In this document: positions 26,016 through 38,414 of the stretch, one piece after another
Numbering within the stretch: the stretch's first letter is position 1
Layout: each line of letters begins with the position of its first letter
NCBI GenBank assembly: GCA_028534125.1
Contig: CM052816.1
Span: 28,088,001 to 28,152,000 of the forward strand
Reading direction: 5' to 3'
From: Lama glama
Taxonomy: Eukaryota
DNA length: 64,000 nt
Notes under the pieces: generated by a model
The model's input: the letters and a program-made list of their open reading frames with translations, nothing else
Databases searched by the model: none
Told to the model about the DNA's origin: nothing
Translations under genes and position numbers: made by a program

Positions 26016-28203
26016 TCAGTAATTCAAAGTAAATTAAAAACATATATTTAGGTCATGTTCTTTGATTCAATTTTCTTGTGTTTATCTTTGTCATTCGTAA
26101 TATTCCTAAAATTTTTGATAGATACTTCCTTTAAATAGGTTTGTCTTGTTTTTCTATTTCCTTAAATAGGTCTGTCTATTTCCTTCCAATATGTCTGTCT
26201 TGTTTTCCTTACAGAAAATACATTACTAAAGTCCATAATTCAATTAAAAAGTAAAAAATAAAGTTAATGCTCCACAGCAAATAACACCTTACTCTACTAA
26301 TTATCTCCAGATAATCATGGGGAACAGGTGTCCTTAATGACGCCTACCTGTAGAAAGCCATATTTTACATAAGACTTTATTAAATTAACTTGCATTGAAG
26401 TGTATGTTTAACCTCAGAGCAAGGCAAAGTTTATCATGTAGTTTACGTGTTGCAGATACTTCTCACTACTAAAGGGCAAACACAAATCACATCTGATATA
26501 TGGAAACACTGCTGCAAACGTATCCCAATCAAACCACGTTAAATCATTAGGTTTCTTTTGAGATCCATCTGTGAGACACTTAAGGAGATTTGCCAGTCTT
26601 ATAAATAAAGTATCCCATTGGCATATTTGTGTCTATACTTCTGTGTTTGCTTCTCAGAAGGCAAGCTAGTGAAATAATTTCATGCGTTAAATTGCATTTC
26701 ACAGATACAGCATTGTTCCATTTTAAATTTGTCCATATTCTATCCATGCTTTACTGTTGACAACTAGTTCCCTGATCACCAGTAAAAAAGACTAAAAGGA
26801 TACCAAGAGTGATTGTATGAACATTTTTCCCAGTCATTTCAAAATTTCAAACAAAATGCATGCTTATTATTTTTTTCTATTTTATTAATAAGCATTTTTA
26901 TATATAGTAACTACTTCTCTTTAAGGCATAATTAATTTTAGGGAGATGGGAGCTTATGAAAATTACTTTCACATTTGATGAAAACTACTTCATGAACAAT
27001 GTCGTCAAGTAAGCTTACTTGAGAAGAGAAACTAACACAAAAAGTTGTAACTGGTTTCTATTTGCTCATAACAACCATCAAATGTGGGTGAATGGGAACA
27101 CTACATGTAATATATAAAATACATGTTCCCCTTCTGATAACTATTTGGGAAGCCACTAAAGAACCATCTCTTCCATACAGAATTCTTGTTATCTCGTCAG
27201 TCCAGTCTTTGTATTTGCTCCAGTAAGTCTTACTAGTTGTGTGATTATGCAAAAACAAAAGGGAAATAATTTTTTAAAAAGACTCTAAGGTTTTAAACTA
27301 AGTAACTAGTGGCATGATTATATTCTTGTTTAAAATATAGATATTTGGAAACAAGCTATATAAAAGAAAGTATGTGTTAAATTTGAAATGATTTTTTAGC
27401 TAATAGTGTTACATCCCTTCATAAATCTATGCATAACATAAATATGGAACTACTGTTTCAGGAAGAGGTTGGGGCCCCTCCCTATAAACTAAGAGGTAAG
27501 ACTTAACACATGGTCAGTTCCTACTGAGAAACTATGTAGAAAAGAATAGCTGTAATTCAGAAATTCAGCTTAGTGTTTGCATACAATTAAGGTAGGAGAT
27601 CTGGAGCCAACGAGAGAACCAAAATAGTGTTTAGAGAAAAAACTGAAAACAATAATGAAATGAATTATCAACATACAATATTAAACTATTCTATCCTCAA
27701 TATTCAAAAATAATGTAACTATCAATGGAACATACTTTCCAGAATTTTTTTTCTAGTAGTCATGGGGAATATATACTCATTTTACTCATGATCTATAAAC
27801 AAGATTAATAAAAGAGATGGCCCAGATTAGAAGTGAAGGTGAAGTCCAGGGGAAGAAATAAACCATCTGGCTTTATTATTCCCAAATCAATTTGGTTCTA
27901 CACCTTCTGCCTAAATGTTTAGTTTACAGGTCTGTGCAGACAGAGCAGCAACAGACCTAGTGACCAGCCTAAAGGCATTACGAGCTCATGCAGGATGGAG
28001 ACACAATGTCTGGTGAGACAGACCACTATATAAGAGGGGCTGAAATTAGGGGCATGGAACTGAAGTTAAGATGGGAGAAAACAATGATACTGGTCTACAC
28101 TGTATGAGGAAGATTTCTTTTAAAGGGAAGAACTAGAACTTGGCATCAAGGATGTGTAGCCAAAGAATGCATGGGTGTTTTAATTGCTTCCTATTCATAC
28201 ATT

Positions 28204-28685
28204 TGATGAAGGAGGGATACTTACTCTAGGATTATGGGGATGACCAAACACACAACACCCAGCATTGACAGATGAGATCAACAGCAGTTGATTAATTACA
28301 TATAATCAGAGTCTTGGGGAGAAGGACATAGCCTACCATGGAGCCACATGGGAGTTACATCTGGGAACACAGTGAACACGCAGGGGCTGGGGGAGGCAAG
28401 CCTTCTAGGATCAAGAGACTGGTGGGGGGAACCCCTGGTTCCTGTGGGAAGATATGGTTGATCTGTTTGAATAATTCTGTGGGTTGGCAGAAAACTGAAC
28501 CCCTCTACTTGGGAGTAAACGGAAATTGCACTTGATCTGCTTGATAAGGAGGTTGTTTTAGAATGGACCTTACATGTGGGAGCATAATGGAGACATGAAC
28601 TTGCAATTTAGACCATTTGATGCCCTCATTTCACACAGGTCAAGGTAGCACAGAATACTGGGCCTCATCTTTTGGCCTCACACCA
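28204..28685 (-). mobile_element. ERVL-type solo LTR (MER54/MER74/MER88-like)
   Basis: TG...CA ends; 'gaccaaacacacaacacccagcattgacagatgagatcaacagcagttgattaattacatata...gggaacacagtgaacacgcaggggctgggggaggcaagc' matches this LTR group from memory. Confidence 0.6.
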
Positions 28686-30548
28686 CTCTGGGGAGACAAA
28701 ACAGGGACACAACATGGTGATGGGGACATGTGTGACACGGGAAGAAAAGACAAGCAATCCCATACTTCAGGAAAACCCAAAGAACAATGGAACACAGGGT
28801 AAGGCTACAGAATTCCTGACAGCCTGACTGATGAGTATGAATTTTCCATGAGTGATTTAACACCTTGTTCATCTTTATCAGATAAAATTTCTTCAAATAC
28901 TTTCAACCAATTTTTTGCACTAGTATTCAAGAGTTGGCATCCTAATTACAGTCCAGATTAATTTACTGAGTTTTAAAATTTATAAACTGATACTAAACTG
29001 GGTCTGTGCTAGTATAGTTTAGCACCTCTTCTTTATATAATTTTCAAAATACTTACATAAATTAGATTTTCTTTTTATCCAATTGATCTTAATTTTATGA
29101 GTTCATAGTACTGTAACATCTATATAGCTTCAATTAAAGATTGTAACAAAGTCAGCCTCTCAGATATTCTGATTTAAAGAAAAACAATTGTCTACATTAT
29201 CTAGATTTATTTATAATGCTAGTTTAGCTAAAATCAAATTAATTTAGCTATAAAACTACTTTGATTTTCTGTGTCTAAAATTGTAAAACTATTTTTTTGC
29301 AAAAGATTGTAACAGATTGTAATCAATTTTTAGGAATAATCTTCACTAAGAAAAAAATATATATTTATATTGTGTTACTATAATTGGTGTTTCACTGACA
29401 GTTGTGAAGATGGACAAAATCCTCATGGCTTCCCTATACTGGGGCATGCCTGCTCCTCATTGATTCCAGGGGTGAGGTCATAGTACTAATTTCTGTCAGA
29501 TGTCCCAGCAAATAATTTGGAGCATTTGAGGAGCCTGTCCTTCTATCCAGGCCCATCTGTAGAGCCAGTAGGAGAGAGCAACACAAACCAGGGGAGGAGA
29601 GCAGAAAGCTCAAGGACCCTGAGTGAGTGGGAGGAGACTTGGCCCAGTGCCTTGTCATTCATCTACAGCAGCAAGCCAGGCCCTGCCCGTCTTGGTAGAG
29701 GGGTCCTGTTCCACAGAAGCAGTTATAAACTCCCTGCCACTCTCAGTAATGGCAGAAGCAAATGGTTGAGAGGCTGCCACTTAATCTGTTAGACATCACC
29801 ACCTGTTATTTACCTAATGCCAAAGGAACTCTCTAATCCATATCTTTAAAAGCCCTCGAGGGAGAATTTACAGTGACTGGAGTGCCAAATTTACTGTTAG
29901 TAAAAAATCCTGGACACTTAGAAAGTGTCTTTGGAAAAGTATAAAGGACTCCCATGAGATTGCATTTTTCATTGTAAAGGTAGAATTAAATTTCAGGATA
30001 TTTATTTTTTTCTGTTAATATGAGTGATATAATCTTCATCTGTAATCGACATTTAATCATTGTAGAGTTTTGTTACTACATTTCTCATTAAAAATAGTAC
30101 TCTCTGAGCAATGTATACTTAAATTTTCTTTTTTGTGATAAATAGAAACTTTCAATACCCATACTCTAGAATCATGAGGAAAAAAACCCCTGAAGATTCC
30201 TGATGTTAAGATTCCTTTTATATTTAATAAAATAGGTTCCATGTGTTATAAATTGTATTTTCAAATCCTCTCCAATCAAATCCTTTCCATTCTGTATCAA
30301 AGCATTTTGTAGAAGTCAATTCCCTGACATAACTCCAAACACATCTTAATGCTCACAGATAAAACTCTCAGATGCTCAGGCTTTTATGCTTGATATTAAA
30401 GACTCCCTTTTTTTCTCTGAATAAATTTAAAAACTCATAAGTTTATTTTTACAAAGGGCATATGTCTGCAAGAAATTCATCTTACCTGTTCTTATTATGA
30501 CCTCCTGGTGTCATTAATGATCAGTGTCAGTTAATTCTACCCACTCAC

Positions 30549-30595
30549 TCAGCTGAGAATCTGCAATACTTTGCTTTTCATTCGATTCCAATTTA
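30549..30595 (-). CDS. Candidate 47-nt exon (or 12-nt form 30549-30560)
   Basis: tttcactcttattctctgtgaccag|TAAATTGG...TCTCAGCTGA|gtgagtg. The phase-2 frame KLESNEKQSIADSQL is open. An alternative strong donor CAG|gtaaga lies at 30486. Confidence 0.35.
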
Positions 30596-30819
30596 CTGGT
30601 CACAGAGAATAAGAGTGAAAATTAATAACTACAACACTATCCACATATAAGGCATCACTTCTTTATTCATACAGTAGAAACCATTTGTTTAAAAATAATA
30701 TTTTGCATTTAAAAGAATACACTAAAGATCGATTTATATATAAATGCCCCTCATATATTCCTATTATCGCCTCCTGGCCTCATCTTTGGCCACTTTGACA
30801 ATTAATTCTACCCACATAC

Positions 30820-30831
30820 TCAGCTGAGAAC
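30820..30831 (-). CDS. Candidate 12-nt micro-exon
   Basis: tttcttctcgtgctctcactctccccacaccacag|GTTCTCAGCTGA|gtatgtg: long pyrimidine tract, canonical AG/GT, frame-preserving length. Confidence 0.35.
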   Translation of the reverse strand, partial: VLS

Positions 30832-30949
30832 CTGTGGTGTGGGGAGAGTGAGAGCACGAGAAGAAACATGTCTAATAATAAAGTCTGTGGTCATCCCTGC
30901 AAAATGTATGGTAGTCCTCTGTCTTCAACAACCTTTTGAAACTTTCAGT

Positions 30950-33000
30950 AAAGACAACAGATTTCCCCATAAATATTATGTATTAGATATAGCTGAAAAA
31001 TATCCTCAAAATAAAATATCTACAAGCCTGGATAAAATATCAAAAACATTTTTACAATGCATAGATGAGTTGGGGGCAACTAGGATAAATACTAGAGTAT
31101 TGAAACCATGAGAAAATAGGAATTCCAAGAGAGCAGTGGAGCTGGCATTCATTTGAGTGAACCTAGGATTTGGAGTTAATAGGACTAAAACTGTATCATA
31201 AGCCAGGAGATAAACTGTGATTCACCCTAGAGAGTTTGCCCAGCTAAGGAATTTACCATGAAGCACAGATCTACAGAGGTGGCTATGTCATGGAATAAAA
31301 CAAAAAGCTAATTCACAGTTAATGGACATATTCACATGTCTCAGACCTGGATCCAGTAGAACACAACAAAAGAAAAAAAAAAAAAACGTGTCTGAGAAAA
31401 CCCAACCACTGATCTACTTGCACTCCTATTAAGGGCTAGAATTCACTCCATATGTATTTAAAACAAACCAACAAAACAAAACAAGCCAAAAGCCAGCAAC
31501 AAAAGCCAAAACAGAAGTGATGGTTTTGGTTTGGTTTCTGTATTGGTACTGTCCCTACATAGCTGGCAGAGATGAAAATCTTATTTGGAGAAATGAACCC
31601 TAGATACTGAAATAATTCCCAAAATATTAAGTTCCAGAACAGTTAAGTTCTGCTGATGAGTTCAGAAACTATCAAGAATTAATAAATACATGAAAAAACA
31701 CAGCTCACTGACATACTAGTAGCAAAACAAATATCAGATTTTTATATAGGAAACTGCATATATATTAAAGTGATCAGATATAATAGGTCTTTAAAAAGGC
31801 TTTTAAATATGCTAAAAGAACTAAAGGAAGATTGAGAATGTTTCATGAATGAACAAGCATCAAAAATCAGCCATCTCATTTGAGAAAGAACACAATGAAA
31901 CTGTAAAAATTAATTATGTACTGTTTAAATTAGAAATCCCATGAACTAGAAAGTTGTGCAGGATAAACAACTTAGAATATGTGTGAATTTGTTAACAAAT
32001 TGGAAATTATCCAGACAGAGGCACAAAGAGAGATGAAACCAAATAAAAGAGGGTAATAGTGCTGAGAGAGTTTGAGACTTTATGCCATATGTCTAATAAG
32101 ATTTTCAGAAGGGAAAAATAAAAGGAATATAAAAGAGGCAATATTAGAATGATAATGCCTAAAACATGCTTAGAATTGCTTAAAGATACCAGTCTTAGAT
32201 TTGTTAAGTCTGATAAATCCCAAATGAGATAATGAAATGAAATAAAAACTTAGTTTAAGACAAAAGTACCAGCACTAACTGTACAGAGAAAACATTAAAT
32301 GCTATCAGATAGAAAAGACAGATAATCCACAAAATGACAAGTAGCCTGATAGCAGAGATTCTAAAATAAAGCAAAAAGCCAGAATACACAGGACTGTGAT
32401 TTCAAACACAGCCTTCAATACAGAGTTATATTCCTAGTGAAACAATTTCCAAAATGACTGTTAAGTGACTGTATTTTTAGACAAACAAAAGCTAAGGAAG
32501 TTTACTAGCAACAGATTTAGCTAAAAGAATGTCCGAACATACTTAAGGAAGAGGAAAATCCTTTGATGAAGAAGTTCTGAGATACAAGAAAAATGTGAGC
32601 CAAGAAACTACATCCAAGCAAACTATGATTGTAAATGATACCTAAAAAGAAATATAAAGTAAAATAGAAACCATAAACCTTACTAGACATAACTTAATTA
32701 TAGATTAAAGAAAATGAGTGGTCACAGATAAAGCTTTCATAGGGCCTTATATATCTTGAGAAGAATGTAAACATGTTGCCCAAACTTAGACATTGTTAAG
32801 TGCTTAATTTTAAATACCAAATTAAAATGCATGCTTAAATTCCAAGAATAATAACTAAAGTGACAGAAAGTATAACTTCCAAAACAATGTAAGAGGAAAA
32901 GAAGAATGAGAAGAATAAATTCAAAAGAAGCCCAATAAGAAAAGAAAAAAGAAAACTAAAAAAAGTGATAAAAATTGTTGGAAAAGTATGAGTAAAATTG
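30950..33000 (+). mobile_element. Ancient L1 5'/ORF1 region, heavily decayed
   Basis: A-rich sense strand with ORF1-like remnants ('gaaattatccagacagaggcacaaagagagatg', 'agaggcaatattagaatgataatgcctaaaa', 'agacaaacaaaagctaaggaagtttactagcaacag'). Confidence 0.55.
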
Positions 33001-33289
33001 TAACTGTACTTTTGTTCTGTTTTATATATATTTTTTGTCTTATTGCACTGTGTATGTTCTTCAGTATAATTTTGAAGAGGCTCATAGAAGAATTCTTCTG
33101 TCTTACTTATTAAAGGAATGGTTTTACATATCACAAAACTAAAGAGTAAGCATTTGTAGATACCTTTTATTGAATTAGAAAGGTTTTCTTGTACTGTTAG
33201 TTTTAAAAATAAATGTATAAAAGGTTTTTGTTAGGGTATGTATGATTTATTTCCTTTAATCTGACAATGCATCTGGTTATATTATACCA

Positions 33290-33600
33290 CAATCTAGTGA
33301 TAGTGTATGACCTGGCTGCACGTATAAAACTGAATAAATCTCAAGAAGGTAACTTTTCATGAAAAAGGAATGTGCACAACTAAAATATGATTCTATTTAT
33401 AAAAGATCTGAAATATACAGGACTAATACATTGTTTACGGCTAAAACCACGTCTAGCAAAATGTAATGAAAATCAAGGAAATGATAAATACGGGACTAAA
33501 TAGTGGTAATCATGGATGACAAAGAGCCAGTTTCAATAGTAATTGTATTATTTTCTTTCTTAGGCTAAAATTTTATTATTTTAATAATATATCTATATCT
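33290..33600 (+). mobile_element. L1ME-like 3' end fragment
   Basis: 'tgaataaatctcaagaagg...atatgattctatttataaaag...gactaatacattgttta'. Confidence 0.45.
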
Positions 33601-33793
33601 GTATATACAGATATGTTACAGTTTAATTGCTCATAGAAGTGAGGGTTTATTTTCGGGCTCTCTATCCTGTTCCACTGGTTTACATGTCTGTATTTGTGTC
33701 AGTACCATACTGATTTGATTACTGTAGCTGTGTAGTATAGTTTGCAATCAGGAACATAATACCTACAGTTTGTTCTTTCTCAAGATTGTTTTG

Positions 33794-36230
33794 TCCAACA
33801 ACACATAACAAAGATCATACACTATGATTACGCTGAATTCATCCTAGGGTCATAAGGATGCTTCAACATTATCAGTCAATCAATGTGATACACCACTTCA
33901 ATAAAAGAAAGGACAAAAATTACAAGATAACCCAACAGATGCAGAGAAAACATTTGCTAAAATTCAACATCCATTCATGATAAAAACTCTTATGAAAGTG
34001 GGTATAGAGGAGACATATCTCAACACAATAAAAGCTATTTATGACAAACCCACAGCCAGCATAATACACAATGGTGAAAAGTCAAAAGCCTTCCTATTAA
34101 AATCTGGAACAAGACAAGGATGCCCACTATCACTACTTTGATTCAACATAGTACTGGAAGTTCTAGCCATATCAATTAAACAAGGAAAAGAAATAAAAGG
34201 AAGGGAGGAGGTAAATATGTCACTATATGCAGATGATATGATAACTTCATATAGAAAACCCTAAAGATTCCACACAAACACTACTAGAGCAGATAAAAGA
34301 ATTCAGCAAGGTAGCCGGATACAAGATTAACATACAGAAATCAGAGTAACATACAGAAAGAAATGTATTTCTTTACATTAACAATGAAATACCAGAAAAG
34401 GAAAGTTTAAAAAATCCATTTAAACTTGAATCAAAAAATAAAATACTTAGCAATAAACCTAACCAAGAAGGTGAAAGACTTACATGTAGAGAACTATACA
34501 ACACTGATTAAGGAAATTAAAAATGATTTAAAGAAATGGAAAGATATCCCATGTTCTTGGATTGGAAGAATTAATGTTGTTAAATACTGCCCAAAGCAAT
34601 CTATGGATTTAATGTGATCTCTTTCAGATTACTCAGGACATTTTTCATGGAACTAGGGAAAAAAACCTTAAAATTTATATATAATCACAAAAGACCCAGA
34701 ATTGCTAAAGTAGTACTAAGGGAGAGGAATGAAGCTGGAGGTATAACTCTCCCAGAGTTCAGACAATCCTACAAATACTACAATAATCAAAAGAGTGTGG
34801 TATCGGCACAAAAACAGACATATGGATCAGAATAGAGAGCCTAGAAATACACCCACACATCTACAATCAATTAATCTTCAAGAAATGAGGCAAGAATATA
34901 CAGTGCAAAAAAACAGTCTCTTTGACAACTGGTGTTTGGAAACCTGGACAGCTGCATGTAAATCAATGAAGTTAGAACATTCCCTTACAGCATACACAAA
35001 AAATAATCTCAAAATGGCTTAAAGACGTAAACATAAGACAAGACACAATAAAACTCCTAGAAGAGAATATAGTCAAAAGATTCTCTGATATAAATTGTAG
35101 CAATGTTCTCCTAGGGCAGTCAACCCAGGCAATAGAAATAAAAGCAAAAACAAACAAATGGGACCAAATTAAACTTATAAGCTATTGCCTAACAAAGGAG
35201 ATCACAAACAAATGAAAATATAACCTACAAAATGGGAGAAAATATTTGCAAATGCTGTGACTGACAAGATCTTAATTTCCAGAATACACAAAAAGCTCAT
35301 ACAACTCAGTAACAAAAAAAACCCCAAACAATCTAATAAAAAAAAAGGACAGAAGACCTAAACATTTCTCAAATGAAGGCATATAGATGGCCCATAGGCA
35401 CATAAAAGGTGCTCAATATCATAATTATCAGAGAAGCGCAAATCAAAACACTTCACACCAATCAGAATAGCCATCATTAAAAAGTCCACAAATGATAAAT
35501 CCTGGACAGGGTGTGGAGAAAAGGGAACCCTCCTACACTGTTGGGAATGCAATCTGGTGCAATCACTACAGAGAACAGTATGGAGATTCCTTAAAAAACT
35601 AAAGACAGACTGACCATAAGATTCAGCAATCCCACTCCTGGGCATACGTACAGAGGAAACTCTAATTCAAAAAGATGCATGCATCACAATGTTTCTATCA
35701 GCACTATTTACAATAGTCATGGCATGGAAATAACCTGAATGTTCATCAACAGATGACTTGATAAAGAAGATGTGGTATATATATACAATGGGATACTACT
35801 CACTCATAAAAAGAATGAAATAATGCCATTTGCAGCAACATGGATGGACTTAGAGGTTATCATACCACGTAAAATAAGCCAGAGAAAGACAAATATATCA
35901 CTTACATTTGGAATCTAAAAAAAAAAAAATGACACAAATGAACTTACTTACAAAACAGAAACAGAAACATAAATATACAAAACAAACTTATGGTTACCAA
36001 AGGTGAAAGGTGGGGGAGGGATAAATTAGGAGTTTGGGATTTTCAGATACTAACTACTATATATAAAACAGAAAAACAACAAGGTGTACTGTATAGCAGA
36101 GGGAACTATATTCAGTATCTTAAAATAAAATATAATTTTAAAAAATATATATAACAAAATCACTATGCTATACACCAGAAAGTAACACAACATTGTATAT
36201 ACTTCAATGCTATACTTCAATAAAAAGTTT
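33794..36230 (+). mobile_element. 5'-truncated LINE-1 nested in an older L1
   Basis: ORF2 remnants ([14 protein letters not shown]...[17 protein letters not shown]-coding 'tatgcagatgatatg'), 3'UTR and AATAAA tail. Near-TSD AAGATTGTTTTG (33782-33793) / AAGAAGTGTTTTG (36231-36243). Confidence 0.95.
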
Positions 36231-37209
36231 AAGAAGTGTTTTGATTATTCAGGGTCTTCTGTTTTCCATACAAATATAAAATTCCTTGTTAGGTCTCTGA
36301 AATGTGTCATTGTAATTCTGATGGAATTTGACTGAATCTGTAGATTGTCTTGGGTAGTATGATCATTTTAACAGTATTAATTTTTCCAGTCCATAAGCAT
36401 GATATATCTTTCCATTTGTTTGTATCATTTTCAATTTCTTTCACTGGAGTCATATAGTTTTCTGAATACAGGTTTTTTTTAACCTCCTGCGTTATACATA
36501 TTCTGAGGTGTTTTATTCTCTTTGATGCAACTGTAAATTGGAATGTTTCCTTAATCTCTTTTTCTGATAATTTGTTGTTAGTGTACAGAAATGCAACAGA
36601 TTTATGTGTATTAATTTTCTATCCTATAACTTTATTGAATTCATTTATTAATTCTAATAATTTTTCTGGTATGTTTAGGATTTTCTGTATATGGTATGTC
36701 ATCAGCTAATAGTGACAATTTTACTTCTTCCTAATTTGGATTCATTTGATTACTTTTCTTTTTTGGCCTGGTTGCTGTGGCTAGGACTTACAATATTATA
36801 TAATATATGTAACAGAAATGGCAAGAATGGGAATACTTGTCTTAATCTTAGGGGAAATGCTTTTCACTATTGAATATGATGTGGCTATAGGTTTGTCATA
36901 TATGGCCTTTATTATGTTGAAGTAAGTGCCCTCTATACTAACTTTATAGAGAGTTTTTGGTCGAAAGTTAAATTGACAAAGGTATTCTGCATTTATTGAG
37001 ATGATGGTAGTATTTTTATTCTTCAATTTGCTAGTGTGGTGTAGCACACTGACTGATTTGTAGATCCTTGTATCCATCCTTGTATCCCTGGTATAAATCT
37101 CACTTGATCATGGTTTCTGAACCTTCTAATGTATGGCTGAATTTGGTTTGCTAATATTTTGTTGAGGATTTTTGCATCTACCTTCATCAGTGATACTGGC
37201 CTATAATTT

Positions 37210-37298
37210 TCTCCTTTCCTTCCCTTCCCTTGCCTTCCCTTTCCCCTTCCCTTCCCTTCTCTTCCCTTTCCTTTCCTTTCCTCCCTTCCTTCCTTCCT
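37210..37298 (+). repeat. Polypyrimidine (CCTT/CCCTT/CTTT)n low-complexity tract inside L1
   Basis: Directly visible; it lies where the L1 has an A-rich stretch on the sense strand. Confidence 0.9.
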
Positions 37299-37714
37299 GT
37301 GATATCCTTGTCTGGTTTTGCTGTCAGTGTAATACTGGCTTCACAAACTGGAAGTTTATCTTCCTCTTCAATATTTTGAAAGAGTTTGAGAAGGATAGCC
37401 CTTAATTCTTTAAATGTAGACAAAATTCACACGTGACACCACCTGCTTCTGGAATTCTGTTCTTTGGGAGTCTTTTTATTATCAATTCAATTTCACTACT
37501 GGTAATTGGTCTATTTATATTTTGTATTCCTTTCTGATTCAGTCTCACGAGATTGTACATTTCTAGGAATTATTATATTTTTAATAACAATTAGTCCATT
37601 AGTAAAAATATGTTTATAAAAACCAGCCTTTAAATCTACTCTGAATAAGAACAACAGAAATTGAAAAATTAGGTGAATTTATTTTGCTTTACAAATATTA
37701 TCTATTAAAAATGG

Positions 37715-37950
37715 TAATAATAGTTGACTCTTATTCAGGCTTAATTTGTTCCATGATTAGTACTGAATGACCTATTTATATTACCTCATTCAGCACTTAT
37801 AATAATTCAATTATATGTACATATATATATATGCACTATTTTATCCCCATTTTACAGATGAGTATACTCATAGTTAAAGAGATTCACTAACTCATGCAGA
37901 TGTTTCAGATCCACGGTTTGGATTCCTGTTATTAGTCACCACTCTACACT
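37715..37950 (-). mobile_element. MIR SINE (antisense)
   Basis: 'atattacctcattcagcacttataataa...ttttatccccattttacagatgag'. Confidence 0.7.
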
Positions 37951-37959
37951 GAATTTCAC

Positions 37960-38035
37960 AAACACACACACACTTTACACACACTTACACACACATATTC
38001 TTTCAAACACATACAGACACACACTCATACACACA
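37960..38035 (+). repeat. Imperfect (CA)n microsatellite
   Basis: Directly visible. Confidence 0.85.
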
Positions 38036-38317
38036 GAACATCTCCATAGGCCCAACATTCATAATTTTTCTATTAAGTACTAATTTAAAAAGTGTCAGTC
38101 ATGTATCCCAAATGTAATATGTATTAACAATACATTTTCTGGGACTTCAGCCAAAATATGATGTAAAAACAGTGTAAAAGAGTCTGAATTAACTGTTCAA
38201 GTACAGAAAGTGCGAACCTTTGCAGATACAGCGTTTTTTTTTTTTCTTAACTAATGGTATTCTTAAATCAAATAATTTAAAGATAATGAAGAAAAAACAT
38301 TCAGGCAAGGCATATAC

Positions 38318-38414
38318 CATCTTGCATTTGAGACCCACAATCAGACAAATTGTGTCTTGGCTCAAATAATCCTCACCAGTAGCATATGCAGTGCAGCATT
38401 CAAACTCATCATTG
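38318..38414 (-). CDS. Candidate exon with two possible donors (38 nt: 38377-38414; 97 nt: 38318-38414)
   Basis: ttttgtttacttggaaacttacag|CAATGATGAG...GCTACTG|gtgagga or ...CAAGATG|gtatatg. The phase-2 frame reads NDEFECCTAYATGEDYLSQDTICLIVGLKCKM; the 38-nt form in phase 1 reads MMSLNAALHMLL. Either could join 18814-18901 in frame. Confidence 0.4.

Larger units (their letters stand above)
30489..30834. repeat. Imperfect ~75-bp direct repeat (30489-30563 and 30758-30834), each copy with the palindrome CTCAGCTGAG
   Basis: ttcttattatgacctcctggtgtcat...ttaattctacccactcactcagctgagaatctg vs ttcctattatcgcctcctggcctcat...ttaattctacccacatactcagctgagaacctg. Confidence 0.9.
33614..37570 (-). mobile_element. 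Older antisense L1 ORF2 fragment (33614-33793 and 36231-37570), split by a younger L1 insertion
   Basis: Antisense ORF2 continues across the insertion ('ttctttctcaagattgttttg' | 'gttttgattattcagggtc'). ORF-track peptides ...ILLKLFQNIEEE...[12 protein letters not shown] and ...[16 protein letters not shown]. Confidence 0.9.

Noticed and set aside
30489..30834. CRISPR-like or prokaryotic repeat-spacer interpretation of the palindromic direct repeats
   Set aside because: Only two diverged copies, eukaryotic repeat context and no cas-like ORFs.
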